NCBI GenBank assembly: GCA_964016885.1
Contig: OZ024744.1
Location: 114,886,001 to 114,950,000, forward strand
DNA: 64,000 nt
Direction of reading: 5' to 3'
Source: Eledone cirrhosa
Lineage: Eukaryota
The position numbers were made by a program, and so were the translations under genes. Positions within the stretch are counted from its first letter, which is position 1. Each line of letters begins with the position of its first letter. The notes under the pieces are model-generated. The model saw only the letters and a program-made list of their open reading frames with translations. It was not told the origin of the DNA and searched no databases. Positions 44,501-59,500 of the stretch are shown here, one piece after another.

Positions 44501-47500
44501 GTTGGTGTTGTCATTGTTTCTGTTGTCTGACTTGTCGCTGTTGCTGCTGCGGTTGGTGTTGTCATCATTTCTGTTGTCTGACTTGTCGCTGTTGCTGCTG
44601 CGGTTGGTGTTGTCATCATTTCTGTTGTCTGACTTGTCGCTGTTGCTGCTGCGGTTGGTGTTGTCATTGTTTCTGTTGTCTGTCTTGTCGCTGTTGCTGC
44701 TGCGGTTGGTGTTGTCATCATTTCTGTTGTCTGACTTGTCGCAGTTGCTGCTGCGGTTGGTGTTGTCATCATTTCTGTTGTCTGACTTGTCGCTGTTGCT
44801 GCTGCGGTTGGTGTTGTCATCATTTCTGTTGTCTGACTTGTCGCTGTTGCTGCTGCGGTTGGTGTTGTCATCATTTCTGTTGTCTGACTTGTCGCTGTTG
44901 CTGCTGCGGTTGGTGTTGTCATCATTTCTGTTGTCTGACTTGTCGCTGTTGCTGCTGCGGTTGGTGTTGTCATCATTTCTGTTGTCTGACTTGTCGCTGT
45001 TGCTGCTGCGGTTGGTGTTGTCATCATTTCTGTTGTTCGACTTGTCGCTGTTGCTGCTGCGGTTGGTGTTGTCATCATATCTGTTGTCTGTCTTGTCGCT
45101 GTTGCTGCTGCGGTTGGTGTTGTCATCATTTCTGTTGTCTGAGTTGTCGCTGTTGCTGCTGCGGTTGGTGTTGTCATCATTTCTGTTGTCTGACCTGTCG
45201 CTGTTGCTGCTGCGGTTGGTGTTGTCATCATTTCTGTTGTCTGACTTGTCGCTGTTGCTGCTGCGGTTGGTGTTGTCATCATTTCTGTTGTCTGACTTGT
45301 CGCTGTTGCTGCTGCGGTTGGTGTTGTCATTGTTTCTGTTGTCTGACTTGTCGCTGTTGCTGCTGCGGTTGGTGTTGTCATCATTTCTGTTGTCTGACTT
45401 GTCGCTGTTGCTGCTGCGGTTGGTGTTGTCATCATTTCTGTTGTCTGACTTGTCGCTGTTGCTGCTGCGGTTGGTGTTGTCATCATTTCTGTTGTCTGAC
45501 TTGTCGCTGTTGCTGCTGCGGTTGGTGTTGTCATCATTTCTGTTGTCTGACTTGTCGCTGTTGCTGCTGCTGTTGGTGTTGTCATCATTTCTGTTGTCTG
45601 ACTTGTCGCTGTTGCTGCTGCGGTTGGTGTTGTCATCATTTCTGTTGTCTGTCTTGTCGCTGTTGCTGCTGCGGTTGGTGTTGTCATTGTTTCTGTTGTC
45701 TGACTTGTCGCTGTTGCTGCTGCGGTTGGTGTTGTCATCATTTCTGTTGTCTGACTTGTCGCTGCTGCTGCTGCGGTTGGTGTTGTCATCATTTCTGTTG
45801 TCTGACTTGTCGCTGTTGCTGCTGCGGTTGGTGTTGTCATTGTTTCTGTTGTCTGACTTGTCGCTGTTGCTGCTGCGGTTGGTGTTGTCATCGTTTCTGT
45901 TGTCTGACTTGTCGCTGTTGCTGCTGCGGTTGGTGTTGTCATCATTTCTGTTGTCTGACCTGTCGCTGTTGCTGCTGCGGTTGGTGTTGTCATTGTTTCT
46001 GTTGTCTGACTTGTCGCTGTTGCTGCTGCGGTTGGTGTTGTCATCATTTCTGTTGTCTGTCTTGTCGCTGTTGCTGCTGCGGTTGGTGTTGTCATTGTTT
46101 CTGTTGTCTGTCTTCTCGCTGTTGCTGCTGCGGTTGGTGTTGTCGTCATTTCTGTTGTCTGACTTGTCGCTGTTGCTGCTGCGGTTGGTGTTTTCGTCAT
46201 TTCTGTTGTCTGACCTGTCGCTGTTGCTGCTGCGGTTGGTGTTGTCATTGTTTCTGTTGTCTGACCTGTCGCTGTTGCTGCTGTGGTTGGTGTTGTCATC
46301 ATTTCTGTTGTCTGTCTTGTCGCTGTTGCTGCTGCAGTTGGTGTTGTCATCATTTCTGTTGTCTGACTTGTCGCTGTTGCTGCTGCGGTTGGTGTTGTCA
46401 TTGTTTCTGTTGTCTGACTTGTCGCTGTTGCTGCTGCGGTTGGTGTTGTCGTCATTTCTGTTGTCTGACTTGTCGCTGTTGCTGCTGCAGTTGGTGTTGT
46501 CATCATTTCTGTTGTCTGACTTGTCGCTGTTGCTGCTGCGGTTGGTGTTGTCATTGTTTCTGTTGTCTGACTTGTCACTGTTGCTGCTGCGGTTGGTGTT
46601 GTCATCATTTCTGTTGTCTGTCTTGTCGCTGTTGCTGCTGCGGTTGGTGTTGTCATCATTTCTGTTGTCTGACTTGTCGCTGTTGCTGCTGCGGTTGGTG
46701 TTGTCATTGTTTCTGTTGTCTGACTTGTCGCTGTTGCTGCTGCGGTTGGTGTTGTCATCATTTCTGTTGTCTGACTTGTCGCTGTTGCTGCTGCGGTTGG
46801 TGTTGTCATCGTTTCTGTTGTCTGACTTGTCGCTATTGCTGCTGTGGTTGGTGTTGTCATCATTTCTGTTGTCTGTCTTGTGGCTGTTGCTGCTGCGGTT
46901 GGTGTTGTCATCGTTTCTGTTGTCTGACTTGTCGCTATTGCTGCTGTGGTTGGTGTTGTCATCATTTCTGTTGTCTGACTTGTCGCTGTTGCTGCTGCGG
47001 TTGGTGTTGTCATCATTTCTGTTGTCTGACTTGTCGCTGTTGCTGCTGCGGTTGGTGTTGTCATTGTTTCTGTTGTCTGTCTTGTCGCTGTTGCTGCTGC
47101 GGTTGGTGTTGTCATTGTTTCTGTTGTCTGACTTGTCGCTGTTGCTGCTGCGGTTGGTGTTGTCATCATTTCTGTTGTCTGACCTGTCGCTGTTGCTGCT
47201 GCGGTTGGTGTTGTCATTGTTTCTGTTGTCTGACTTGTCGCTGTTGCTGCTGTGGTTGGTGTTGTCATCATTTCTGTTGTCTGACTTGTCGCTGTTGCTG
47301 CTGCAGTTGGTGTTGTCATCATTTCTGTTGTCTGACTTGTCGCTGTTGCTGCTGCGGTTGGTGTTGTCATCATTTCTGTTGTCTGACTTGTCGCTGTTGC
47401 TGCTGCGGTTGGTGTTGTCATCATTTCTGTTGTCTGTCTTGTCGCTGTTGCTGCTGCGGTTGGTGTTGTCATTGTTTCTGTTGTCTGACTTGTCGCTGTT

Positions 47501-50500
47501 GCTGCTGCGGTTGGTGTTGTCATCATTTCTGTTGTCTGACTTGTCGCTGTTGCTGCTGCGGTTGGTGTTGTCATTGTTTCTGTTGTCTGACTTGTCGCTG
47601 TTGCTGCTGTGGTTGGTGTTGTCATCATTTCTGTTGTCTGACTTGTCGCTGTTGCTGCTGCGGTTGGTGTTGTCATCATTTCTGTTGTCTGACTTGTCGC
47701 TGTTGCTGCTGCGGTTGGTGTTGTCATCATTTCTGTTGTCTGACTTGTCGCTGTTGCTGCTGCGGTTGGTGTTGTCATCATTTCTGTTGTCTGACTTGTC
47801 GCTGTTGCTGCTGCTGTTGGTGTTGTCATCATTTCTGTTGTCTGACTTGTCGCTGTTGCTGCTGCGGTTGGTGTTGTCATCATTTCTGTTGTCTGTCTTG
47901 TCGCTGTTGCTGCTGCGGTTGGTGTTGTCATTGTTTCTGTTGTCTGACTTGTCGCTGTTGCTGCTGCGGTTGGTGTTGTCATCATTTCTGTTGTCTGACT
48001 TGTCGCTGCTGCTGCTGCGGTTGGTGTTGTCATCATTTCTGTTGTCTGACTTGTCGCTGTTGCTGCTGCGGTTGGTGTTGTCATTGTTTCTGTTGTCTGA
48101 CTTGTCGCTGTTGCTGCTGCGGTTGGTGTTGTCATCGTTTCTGTTGTCTGACTTGTCGCTGTTGCTGCTGCGGTTGGTGTTGTCATCATTTCTGTTGTCT
48201 GACCTGTCGCTGTTGCTGCTGCGGTTGGTGTTGTCATTGTTTCTGTTGTCTGACTTGTCGCTGTTGCTGCTGCGGTTGGTGTTGTCATCATTTCTGTTGT
48301 CTGTCTTGTCGCTGTTGCTGCTGCGGTTGGTGTTGTCATTGTTTCTGTTGTCTGTCTTCTCGCTGTTGCTGCTGCGGTTGGTGTTGTCATCATTTCTGTT
48401 GTCTGTCTTGTCGCTGTTGCTGCTGCAGTTGGTGTTGTCGTCATTTCTGTTGTCTGACTTGTCGCTGTTGCTGCTGCGGTTGGTGTTTTCGTCATTTCTG
48501 TTGTCTGACCTGTCGCTGTTGCTGCTGCGGTTGGTGTTGTCATTGTTTCTGTTGTCTGACCTGTCGCTGTTGCTGCTGTGGTTGGTGTTGTCATCATTTC
48601 TGTTGTCTGTCTTGTCGCTGTTGCTGCTGCAGTTGGTGTTGTCATCATTTCTGTTGTCTGACTTGTCGCTGTTGCTGCTGCGGTTGGTGTTGTCATTGTT
48701 TCTGTTGTCTGACTTGTCGCTGTTGCTGCTGCGGTTGGTGTTGTCGTCATTTCTGTTGTCTGACTTGTCGCTGTTGCTGCTGCAGTTGGTGTTGTCATCA
48801 TTTCTGTTGTCTGACTTGTCGCTGTTGCTGCTGCGGTTGGTGTTGTCATTGTTTCTGTTGTCTGACTTGTCGCTGTTGCTGCTGCGGTTGGTGTTGTCAT
48901 CATTTCTGTTGTCTGTCTTGTCGCTGTTGCTGCTGCGGTTGGTGTTGTCATCATTTCTGTTGTTTGACTTGTCGCTGTTGCTGCTGCGGTTGGTGTTGTC
49001 ATTGTTTCTGTTGTCTGACTTGTCGCTGTTGCTGCTGCGGTTGGTGTTGTCATCATTTCTGTTGTCTGACTTGTCGCTGTTGCTGCTGCGGTTGGTGTTG
49101 TCATCGTTTCTGTTGTCTGACTTGTCGCTATTGCTGCTGTGGTTGGTGTTGTCATCATTTCTGTTGTCTGTCTTGTGGCTGTTGCTGCTGCGGTTGGTGT
49201 TGTCATCGTTTCTGTTGTCTGACTTGTCGCTATTGCTGCTGTGGTTGGTGTTGTCATCATTTCTGTTGTCTGACTTGTCGCTGTTGCTGCTGCGGTTGGT
49301 GTTGTCATCATTTCTGTTGTCTGACTTGTCGCTGTTGCTGCTGCGGTTGGTGTTGTCATTGTTTCTGTTGTCTGTCTTGTCGCTGTTGCTGCTGCGGTTG
49401 GTGTTGTCATTGTTTCTGTTGTCTGACTTGTCGCTGTTGCTGCTGCGGTTGGTGTTGTCATCATTTCTGTTGTCTGACCTGTCGCTGTTGCTGCTGCGGT
49501 TGGTGTTGTCATTGTTTCTGTTGTCTGACTTGTCGCTGTTGCTGCTGTGGTTGGTGTTGTCATCATTTCTGTTGTCTGACTTGTCGCTGTTGCTGCTGCA
49601 GTTGGTGTTGTCATCATTTCTGTTGTCTGACTTGTCGCTGTTGCTGCTGCGGTTGGTGTTGTCATCATTTCTGTTGTCTGACTTGTCGCTGTTGCTGCTG
49701 CGGTTGGTGTTGTCATCATTTCTGTTGTCTGTCTTGTCGCTGTTGCTGCTGCGGTTGGTGTTGTCATTGTTTCTGTTGTCTGACTTGTCGCTGTTGCTGC
49801 TGCGGTTGGTGTTGTCATCATTTCTGTTGTCTGACTTGTCGCTGTTGCTGCTGCGGTTGGTGTTGTCATCATTTCTGTTGTCTGACCTGTCGCTGTTGCT
49901 GCTGCGGTTGGTGTTGTCATTGTTTCTGTTGTCTGTCTTGTCGCTGTTGCTGCTGCGGTTGGTGTTGTCATCATTTCTGTTGTGTGACTTGTCGCTGTTG
50001 CTGCTGCGGTTGGTGTTGTCATTGTTTCTGTTGTCTGACTTGTCGCTGTTGTTGCTGCGGTTGGTGTTGTCATTGTTTCTGTTGTCTGACTTGTCGCTGT
50101 TGCTGCTGCAGTTGGTGTTGTCATTGTTTCTGTTGTCTGACTTGTCGCTGTTGCTGCTGCGGTTGGTGTTGTCATTGTTTCTGTTGTCTGACTTGTCGCT
50201 GTTGCTGCTGCGGTTGGTGTTGTCATTGTTTCTGTTGTCTGACTTGTCGCTGTTGCTGCTGCGGTTGGTGTTGTCATTGTTTCTGTTGTCTGACTTGTCG
50301 CTCTTGCTGCTGCGGTTGGTGTTGTCATCATTTCTGTTGTCTGTCTTGTCGCTGTTGCTGCTGTGGTTGGTGTTGTCATCGTTTCTGTTGTCTGTCTTGT
50401 CGCTGTTGCTGCTGTGGTTGGTGTTGTCATTGTTTCTGTTGTCTGACCTGTCGCTGTTGCTGCTGCGGTTGGTGTTGTCATTGTTTCTGTTGTCTGACCT

Positions 50501-53500
50501 GTCGCTGTTGCTGCTGCGGTTGGTGTTGTCATTGTTTCTGTTGTCTGACTTGTCGCTGTTGCTGCTGTGGTTGGTGTTGTCATTGTTTCTGTTGTCTGAC
50601 TTGTCGCCGTTGCTGCTGCGGTTGGTGTTGTCATCATTTCTGTTGTCTGACTTGTCGCTGTTGCTGCTGCGGTTGGTGTTGTCATTGTTTCTGTTGTCTG
50701 TCTTGTCGCTGTTGCTGCTGCGGTTGGTGTTGTCATAATTTCTGTTGTCTGACTTGTCGCTGTTGCTGCTGCGGTTGGTGTTGTCATCATTTCTGTTGTC
50801 TGACTTGTCGCTGTTGCTGCTGCGGTTGGTGTTGTCATCATTTCTGTTGTCTGACTTGTCGCTGTTACTGCTGCGGTTGGTGTTGTCATTGTTTCTGTTG
50901 TCTGACTTGTCGCTGTTGCTGCTGCGGTTGGTGTTGTCATCATTTCTGTTGTCTGACTTGTCGCTGTTGCTGCTGCGGTTGGTGTTGTCATCATTTCTGT
51001 TGTCTGACTTGTCGCTGTTACTGCTGCGGTTGGTGTTGTCATTGTTTCTGTTGTCTGTCTTGTCGCTGTTGCTGCTGCGGTTGGTGTTGTCATCATTTCT
51101 GTTGTCTGACTTGTCGCTGTTGCTGCTGTGGTTGGTGTTGTCATCATTTCTGTTGTCTGACTTGTCACTGTTGCTGCTGCGGTTGGTGTTGTCATCATTT
51201 CTGTTGTCTGACTTGTCGCTGTTGCTGCTGCGGTTGGTGTTGTCATCATTTCTGTTGTCTGACTTGTCGCTGTTGCTGCTGTGGTTGGTGTTGTCATTGT
51301 TTCTGTTGTCTGACTTGTCGCCGTTGCTGCTGCGGTTGGTGTTGTCATCATTTCTGTTGTCTGACTTGTCGCTGTTGCTGCTGCGGTTGGTGTTGTCATT
51401 GTTTCTGTTGTCTGTCTTGTCGCTGTTGCTGCTGCGGTTGGTGTTGTCATCATTTCTGTTGTCTGACTTGTCGCTGTTGCTGCTGCGGTTGGTGTTGTCA
51501 TCATTTCTGTTGTCTGACTTGTCGCTGTTGCTGCTGCGGTTGGTGTTGTCATCATTTCTGTTGTCTGACTTGTCGCTGTTGCTGCTGCGGTTGGTGTTGT
51601 CATCATTTCTGTTGTCTGACTTGTCGCTGTTGCTGCTGCGGTTGGTGTTGTCATCATTTCTGTTGTCTGACTTGTCGCTGTTGCTGCTGCGGTTGGTGTT
51701 GTCATCATTTCTGTTGTCTGACTTGTCGCTGTCGCTGCTGCGGTTGGTGTTGTCATCATTTCTGTTGTTTGACTTGTCGCTGTTGCTGCTGCGGTTGGTG
51801 TTGTCGTCATTTCTGTTGTCTGTCTTGTCGCTGTTGCTGCTGCGGTTGGTGTTGTCATCATTTCTGTTGTCTGACTTGTCGCTGTCGCTGCTGCGGTTGG
51901 TGTTGTCATCATTTCTGTTGTCTGTCTTGTCGCTGTTGCTGCTGCGGTTGGTGTTGTCATTGTTTCTGTTGTCTGACTTGTCGCTGTCGCTGCTGCGGTT
52001 GGTGTTGTCATCATTTCTGTTGTTTGACTTGTCGCTGTTGCTGCTGCGGTTGGTGTTGTCGTCATTTCTGTTGTCTGTCTTGTCGCTGTTGCTGCTGCGG
52101 TTGGTGTTGTCATTGTTTCTGTTGTCTGACTTGTCGCTGTCGCTGCTGCGGTTGGTGTTGTCGTCATTTCTGTTGTCTGTCTTGTCGCTGTTGCTGCTGC
52201 GGTTGGTGTTGTCATCATTTCTGTTGTCTGACTTGTCGCTGTCGCTGCTGCGGTTGGTGTTGTCATCATTTCTGTTGTTTGACTTGTCGCTGTTGCTGCT
52301 GCGGTTGGTGTTGTCGTCATTTCTGTTGTCTGTCTTGTCGCTGTTGCTGCTGCGGTTGGTGTTGTCATTGTTTCTGTTGTCTGACTTGTCGCTGTTGCTG
52401 CTGCGGTTGGTGTTGTCATCATTTCTGTTGTCTGACTTGTCGCTGCTGCTGCTGCGGTTGGTGTTGTCATCATTTCTGTTGTCTGACTTGTCGCTGTTGC
52501 TGCTGCGGTTGGTGTTGTCATCATTTCTGTTGTCTGACTTGTCGCTGTTGCTGCTGCGGTTGGTGTTGTCGTAATTTCTGTTGTCTGACTTGTCGCTGTT
52601 GCTGCTGCGGTTGGTGTTGTCATTGTTTCTGTTGTCTGACTTGTCGCTGTTGCTGCTGCGGTTGGTGTTGTCATTGTTTCTGTTGTCTGACTTGTCGCTG
52701 TTGCTGCTGCGGTTGGTGTTGTCATCATTTCTGTTGTCTGAGTTGTCGCTGTTGCTGCTGCTGTTGGTGTTGTCATCATTTCTGTTGTCTGACTTGTCGC
52801 TGTTGCTGCTGCGGTTGGTGTTGTCATTGTTTCTGTTGTCTGACTTGTCGCTGTTGCTGCTGCGGTTGGTGTTGTCATCATTTCTGTTGTCTGTCTTGTC
52901 GCTGTTGCTGCTGCGGTTGGTGTTGTCATTGTTTCTGTTGTCTGACTTGTCGCTGTTGCTGCTGCGGTTGGTGTTGTCATCATTTCTGTTGTCTGACTTG
53001 TCGCTGCTGCTGCTGCGGTTGGTGTTGTCATCATTTCTGTTGTCTGACTTGTCGCTGTTGCTGCTGCGGTTGGTGTTGTCATCATTTCTGTTGTCTGTCT
53101 TGTCGCTGTTGCTGCTGCGGTTGGTGTTGTCATTGTTTCTGTTGTCTGACTTGTCGCTGTTGCTGCTGCGGTTGGTGTTGTCATCATTTCTGTTGTCTGA
53201 CTTGTCGCTGCTGCTGCTGCGGTTGGTGTTGTCATCATTTCTGTTGTCTGACTTGTCGCTGTTGCTGCTGCGGTTGGTGTTGTCATCATTTCTGTTGTCT
53301 GTCTTGTCGCTGTTGCTGCTGCGGTTGGTGTTGTCATTGTTTCTGTTGTCTGTCTTGTCGCTGTTGCTGCTGCGGTTGGTGTTGTCATCATTTCTGTTGT
53401 CTGACTTGTCGCTGTTGCTGCTGCGGTTGGTGTTGTCATTGTTTCTGTTGTCTGACTTGTCGCTGTTGCTGCTGCGGTTGGTGTTGTCATCATTTCTGTT

Positions 53501-56500
53501 GTCTGACTTGTCGCTGTTGCTGCTGCAGTTGGTGTTGTCATTGTTTCTGTTGTCTGTCTTGTCGCTGTTGCTGCTGCGGTTGGTGTTGTCATCATTTCTG
53601 TTGTCTGTCTTGTCGCTGTTGCTGCTGCGGTTGGTGTTGTCATCATTTCTGTTGTCTGACTTGTCGCTGTTGCTGCTGCAGTTGGTGTTGTCATTGTTTC
53701 TGTTGTCTGTCTTGTCGCTGTTGCTGCTGCGGTTGGTGTTGTCATCATTTCTGTTGTGTGACTTGTCGCTGTTGCTGCTGCGGTTGGTGTTGTCATCATT
53801 TCTGTTGTCTGTCTTGTCGCTGTTGCTGCTGTGGTTGGTGTTGTCATCATTTCTGTTGTCTGACTTGTCGCTGTTGCTGCTGCGGTTGGTGTTGTCATTG
53901 TTTCTGTTGTCTGACTTGTCGCTGTTGCTGCTGTGGTTGGTGTTGTCATCATTTCTGTTGTCTGACTTGTCGCTGTTGCTGCTGCAGTTGGTGTTGTCAT
54001 CATTTCTGTTGTCTGTCTTGTCGCTGTTGCTGCTGCGGTTGGTGTTGTCATTGTTTCTGTTGTCTGTCTTGTCGCTGTTGCTGCTGCGGTTGGTGTTGTC
54101 ATCATTTCTGTTGTCTGACTTGTCGCTGTTGCTGCTGCGGTTGGTGTTGTCATCATTTCTGTTGTCTGACTTGTCGCTGTTGCTGCTGCGGTTGGTGTTG
54201 TCATCATTTCTGTTGTCTGACTTGTCGCTGTTGCTGCTGCGGTTGGTGTTGTCATTGTTTCTGTTGTCTGACTTGTCGCTGTTGCTGCTGCGGTTGGTGT
54301 TGTCATCATTTCTGTTGTCTGACTTGTCGCTGTTGCTGCTGCGGTTGGTGTTGTCATTGTTTCTGTTGTCTGACTTGTCGCTGTTGCTGCTGCGGTTGGT
54401 GTTGTCATCATTACTGTTGTCTGACTTGTCGCTGTTGCTGCTGTGGTTGGTGTTGTCATTGTTTCTGTTGTCTGTCTTGTCGCTGTTGCTGCTGCGGTTG
54501 GTGTTGTCATTGTTTCTGTTGTCTGACCTGTCGCTGTTGCTGCTGCGGTTGGTGTTGTCATCATTACTGTTGTCTGACTTGTCGCTGTTGCTGCTGTGGT
54601 TGGTGTTGTCATTGTTTCTGTTGTCTGTCTTGTCGCTGTTGCTGCTGCGGTTGGTGTTGTCATTGTTTCTGTTGTCTGTCTTGTCGCTGTTGCTGCTGCG
54701 GTTGGTGTTGTCATCATTTCTGTTGTCTGACCTGTCGCTGTTGCTGCTGCGGTTGGTGTTGTCATCATTTCTGTTGTCTGACCTGTCGCTGTTGCTGCTG
54801 CGGTTGGTGTTGTCATCATTTCTGTTGTCTGACTTGTCGCTCTTGCTGCTGCGGTTGGTGTTGTCATCATTTCTGTTGTCTGACTTGCCGCTGTTGCTGC
54901 TGCGGTTGGTGTTGTCATCATTTCTGTTGTCTCTCTTGTCGCTGTTGCTGCTGCGGTTGGTGTTGTCATCATTTCTGTTGTCTGACTTGTCGCTGTTGCT
55001 GCTGCGGTTGGTGTTGTCGTAATTTCTGTTGTCTGACTTGTCGCTGTTGCTGCTGCGGTTGGTGTTGTCATTGTTTCTGTTGTCTGACTTGTCGCTGTTG
55101 CTGCTGCGGTTGGTGTTGTCATTGTTTCTGTCGTCTGACTTGTCGCTGTTGCTGCTGCGGTTGGTGTTGTCATCATTTCTGTTGTCTGAGTTGTCGCTGT
55201 TGCTGCTGCTGCTGGTGTTGTCATCATTTCTGTTGTCTGACTTGTCGCTGTTGCTGCTGCGGTTGGTGTTGTCATTGTTTCTGTTGTCTGACTTGTCGCT
55301 GTTGCTGCTGCGGTTGGTGTTGTCATCATTTCTGTTGTCTGTCTTGTCGCTGTTGCTGCTGCGGTTGGTGTTGTCATTGTTTCTGTTGTCTGACTTGTCG
55401 CTGTTGCTGCTGCGGTTGGTGTTGTCATCATTTCTGTTGTCTGACTTGTCGCTGCTGCTGCTGCGGTTGGTGTTGTCATCATTTCTGTTGTCTGACTTGT
55501 CGCTGTTGCTGCTGCGGTTGGTGTTGTCATTGTTTCTGTTGTCTGACTTGTCGCTGTTGCTGCTGCGGTTGGTGTTGTCATCATTTCTGTTGTCTGACTT
55601 GTCGCTGTTGCTGCTGCGGTTGGTGTTGTCATCATTTCTGTTGTCTGACCTGTCGCTGTTGCTGCTGCGGTTGGTGTTGTCATTGTTTCTGTTGTCTGAC
55701 TTGTCGCTGTTGCTGCTGCGGTTGGTGTTGTCATCATTTCTGTTGTCTGTCTTGTCGCTGTTGCTGCTGCGGTTGGTGTTGTCATTGTTTCTGTTGTCTG
55801 TCTTGTCGCTGTTGCTGCTGCGGTTGGTGTTGTCATCATTTCTGTTGTCTGACTTGTCGCTGTTGCTGCTGCGGTTGGTGTTGTCATTGTTTCTGTTGTC
55901 TGACTTGTCGCTGTTGCTGCTGCGGTTGGTGTTGTCATCATTTCTGTTGTCTGACTTGTCGCTGTTGCTGCTGCGGTTGGTGTTGTCATTGTTTCTGTTG
56001 TCTGACTTGTTGCTGTTGCTGCTGTGGTTGGTGTTGTCATCATTTCTGTTGTCTGACTTGTCGCTGTTGCTGCTGCGGTTGGTGTTGTCATCATTTCTGT
56101 TGTCTGACTTGTCGCTGTTGCTGCTGCGGTTGGTGTTGTCATTGTTTCTGTTGTCTGTCTTGTCGCTGTTGCTGCTGTGGTTGGTGTTGTCATCATTTCT
56201 GTTGTCTGACTTGTCGCTGTTGCTGCTGCGGTTGGTGTTGTCATTGCTTCTGTTGTCTGACTTGTCGCTGTTGCTGCTGCGGTTGGTGTTGTCATCATTT
56301 CTGTTGTCTGACTTGTCGCTGTTGCTGCTGCAGTTGGTGTTGTCATTGTTTCTGTTGTCTGTCTTGTCGCTGTTGCTGCTGCGGTTGGTGTTGTCATCAT
56401 TTCTGTTGTCTGACTTGTCGCTGTTGCTGCTGCGGTTGGTGTTGTCATTGTTTCTGTTGTCTGACTTGTCGCTGTTGCTGCTGCGGTTGGTGTTGTCATC

Positions 56501-59500
56501 ATTACTGTTGTCTGACTTGTCGCTGTTGCTGCTGTGGTTGGTGTTGTCATTGTTTCTGTTGTCTGTCTTGTCGCTGTTGCTGCTGCGGTTGGTGTTGTCA
56601 TTGTTTCTGTTGTCTGACCTGTCGCTGTTGCTGCTGCGGTTGGTGTTGTCATCATTACTGTTGTCTGACTTGTCGCTGTTGCTGCTGTGGTTGGTGTTGT
56701 CATTGTTTCTGTTGTCTGTCTTGTCGCTGTTGCTGCTGCGGTTGGTGTTGTCATTGTTTCTGTTGTCTGTCTTGTCGCTGTTGCTGCTGCGGTTGGTGTT
56801 GTCATCATTTCTGTTGTCTGACCTGTCGCTGTTGCTGCTGCGGTTGGTGTTGTCATCATTTCTGTTGTCTGACCTGTCGCTGTTGCTGCTGCGGTTGGTG
56901 TTGTCATCATTTCTGTTGTCTGACTTGTCGCTCTTGCTGCTGCGGTTGGTGTTGTCATCATTTCTGTTGTCTGACTTGCCGCTGTTGCTGCTGCGGTTGG
57001 TGTTGTCATCATTTCTGTTGTCTCTCTTGTCGCTGTTGCTGCTGCGGTTGGTGTTGTCATCATTTCTGTTGTCTGACTTGTCGCTGTTGCTGCTGTGGTT
57101 GGTGTTGTCATCATTTCTGTTGTCTGACTTGTCGCTGTTGCTGCTGCGGTTGGTGTTGTCATCATTTCTGTTGTCTGTCTTGTCGCTGTTGCTGCTGTAG
57201 TTGGTGTTGTCATCATTTCTGTTGTCTGACTTGTCGCTGTTGCTGCTGCGGTTGGTGTTGTCAGCATTTCTGTTGTCTGACTTGTCGCTGTTGCTGCTGC
57301 GGTTGGTGTTGTCATCATTTCTGTTGTCTGTCTTGTCGCTGTTGCTGCTGTGGTTGGTGTTGTCATCATTTCTGTTGTCTGACTTGTCGCTGTTGCTGCT
57401 GCGGTTGGTGTTGTCATCATTTCTGTTGTCTGTCTTGTCGCTGTTGCTGCTGTAGTTGGTGTTGTCATCATTTCTGTTGTCTGACTTGTCGCTGTTGCTG
57501 CTGCGGTTGGTGTTGTCATCATTTCTGTTGTCTGACTTGTCGCTGTTGCTGCTGCGGTTGGTGTTGTCATTGTTTCTGTTGTCTGTCTTGTCGCTGTTGC
57601 TGCTGCGGTTGGTGTTGTCATCATTTCTGTTGTCTGACTTGTCGCTGTTGCTGCTGCGGTTGGTGTTGTCATCATTTCTGTTGTCTGACTTGTCGCTGTT
57701 GCTGCTGCGGTTGGTGTTGTCATCATTTCTGTTGTCTGACTTGTCGCTGTTGCTGCTGCGGTTGGTGTTGTCGTCATTTCTGCTGTCTGACTTGTCGCTG
57801 TTGCTGCTGCGGTTGGTGTTGTCATTGTTTCTGTTGTCTGACTTGTCGCTGTTGCTGCTGCGGTTGGTGTTGTCATTGTTTCTGTTGTCTGACTTGTCGC
57901 TGTTGCTGCTGCGGTTGGTGTTGTCATCATTTCTGTTGTCTGAGTTGTCCCTGTTGCTGCTGCGGTTGGTGTTGTCATCATTTCTGTTGTCTGACTTGTC
58001 GCTGTTGCTGCTGCGGTTGGTGTTGTCATTGTTTCTGTTGTCTGACTTGTCGCTGTTGCTGCTGCGGTTGGTGTTGTCATCATTTCTGTTGTCTGTCTTG
58101 TCGCTGTTGCTGCTGCGGTTGGTGTTGTCATTGTTTCTGTTGTCTGACTTGTCGCTGTTGCTGCTGCGGTTGGTGTTGTCATCATTTCTGTTGTCTGTCT
58201 TGTCGCTGTTGCTGCTGCGGTTGGTGTTGTCATCATTTCTGTTGTCTGACTTGTCGCTGTTGCTGCTGCGGTTGGTGTTGTCATCATTTCTGTTGTCTGA
58301 CTTGTCGCTGTTGCTGCTGCGGTTGGTGTTGTCATTGTTTCTGTTGTCTGACTTGTCGCTGTTGCTGCTGCGGTTGGTGTTGTCATCATTTCTGTTGTCT
58401 GACTTGTCGCTGTTGCTGCTGCGGTTGGTGTTGTCATCATTTCTGTTGTCTGACTTGTCGCTGCTGCTGCTGCGGTTGGTGTTGTCATCGTTTCTGTTGT
58501 CTGACTTGTCGCTGTTGCTGCAGCGGTTGGTGTTGTCATCATTTCTGTTGTCTGACTTGTCGCTGTTGCTGCTGCGGTTGGTGTTGTCATTGTTTCTGTT
58601 GTCTGACTTGTCGCTGTTGCTGCTGCGGTTGGTGTTGTCATTGTTTCTGTTGTCTGACTTGTCGCTGTTGCTGCTGCGGTTGGTGTTGTCATTGTTTCTG
58701 TTGTCTGACTTATCGCTGTTGCTGCTGCGGTTGGTGTTGTCATCATTTCTGTTGTCTGACTTGTCGCTGTTGCTGCTGCGGTTGGTGTTGTCATTGTTTC
58801 TGTTGTCTGACTTGTCGCTGTTGCTGCTGCGGTTGGTGTTGTCATCGTTTCTGTTGTCTGACTTGTCGCTGTTGCTGCTGCGGTTGGTGTTGTCATCATT
58901 TCTGTTGTCTGACTTGTCGCTGTTGCTGCTGCGGTTGGTGTTGTCATCATTTCTGTTGTCTGACTTGTCGCTGTTGCTGCTGCGGTTGGTGTTGTCATTG
59001 TTTCTGTTGTCTGACTTGTCGCTGTTGCTGCTGCGGTTGGTGTTGTCATCATTTCTGTTGTCTGACTTGTCGCTGCTGCTGCTGCGGTTGGTGTTGTCAT
59101 CATTTCTGTTGTCTGACTTGTCGCTGTTGCTGCTGCGGTTGGTGTTGTCATCATTTCTGTTGTCTGACTTGTCGCTGTTGCTGCTGCGGTTGGTGTTGTC
59201 ATCATTTCTGTTGTCTGACTTGTCGCTGCTGCTGCTGCGGTTGGTGTTGTCATCATTTCTGTTGTCTGACTTGTCGCTGCTGCTGCTGCGGTTGGTGTTG
59301 TCATCATTTCTGTTGTCTGACTTGTCGCTGTTGCTGCTGCGGTTGGTGTTGTCATCATTTCTGTTGTCTGACTTGTCGCTGTTGCTGCTGCGGTTGGTGT
59401 TGTCATCATTTCTGTTGTCTGACTTGTCGCTGTTGCTGCTGCGGTTGGTGTTGTCATCATTTCTGTTGTCTGACTTGTCGCTGTTGCTGCTGCGGTTGGT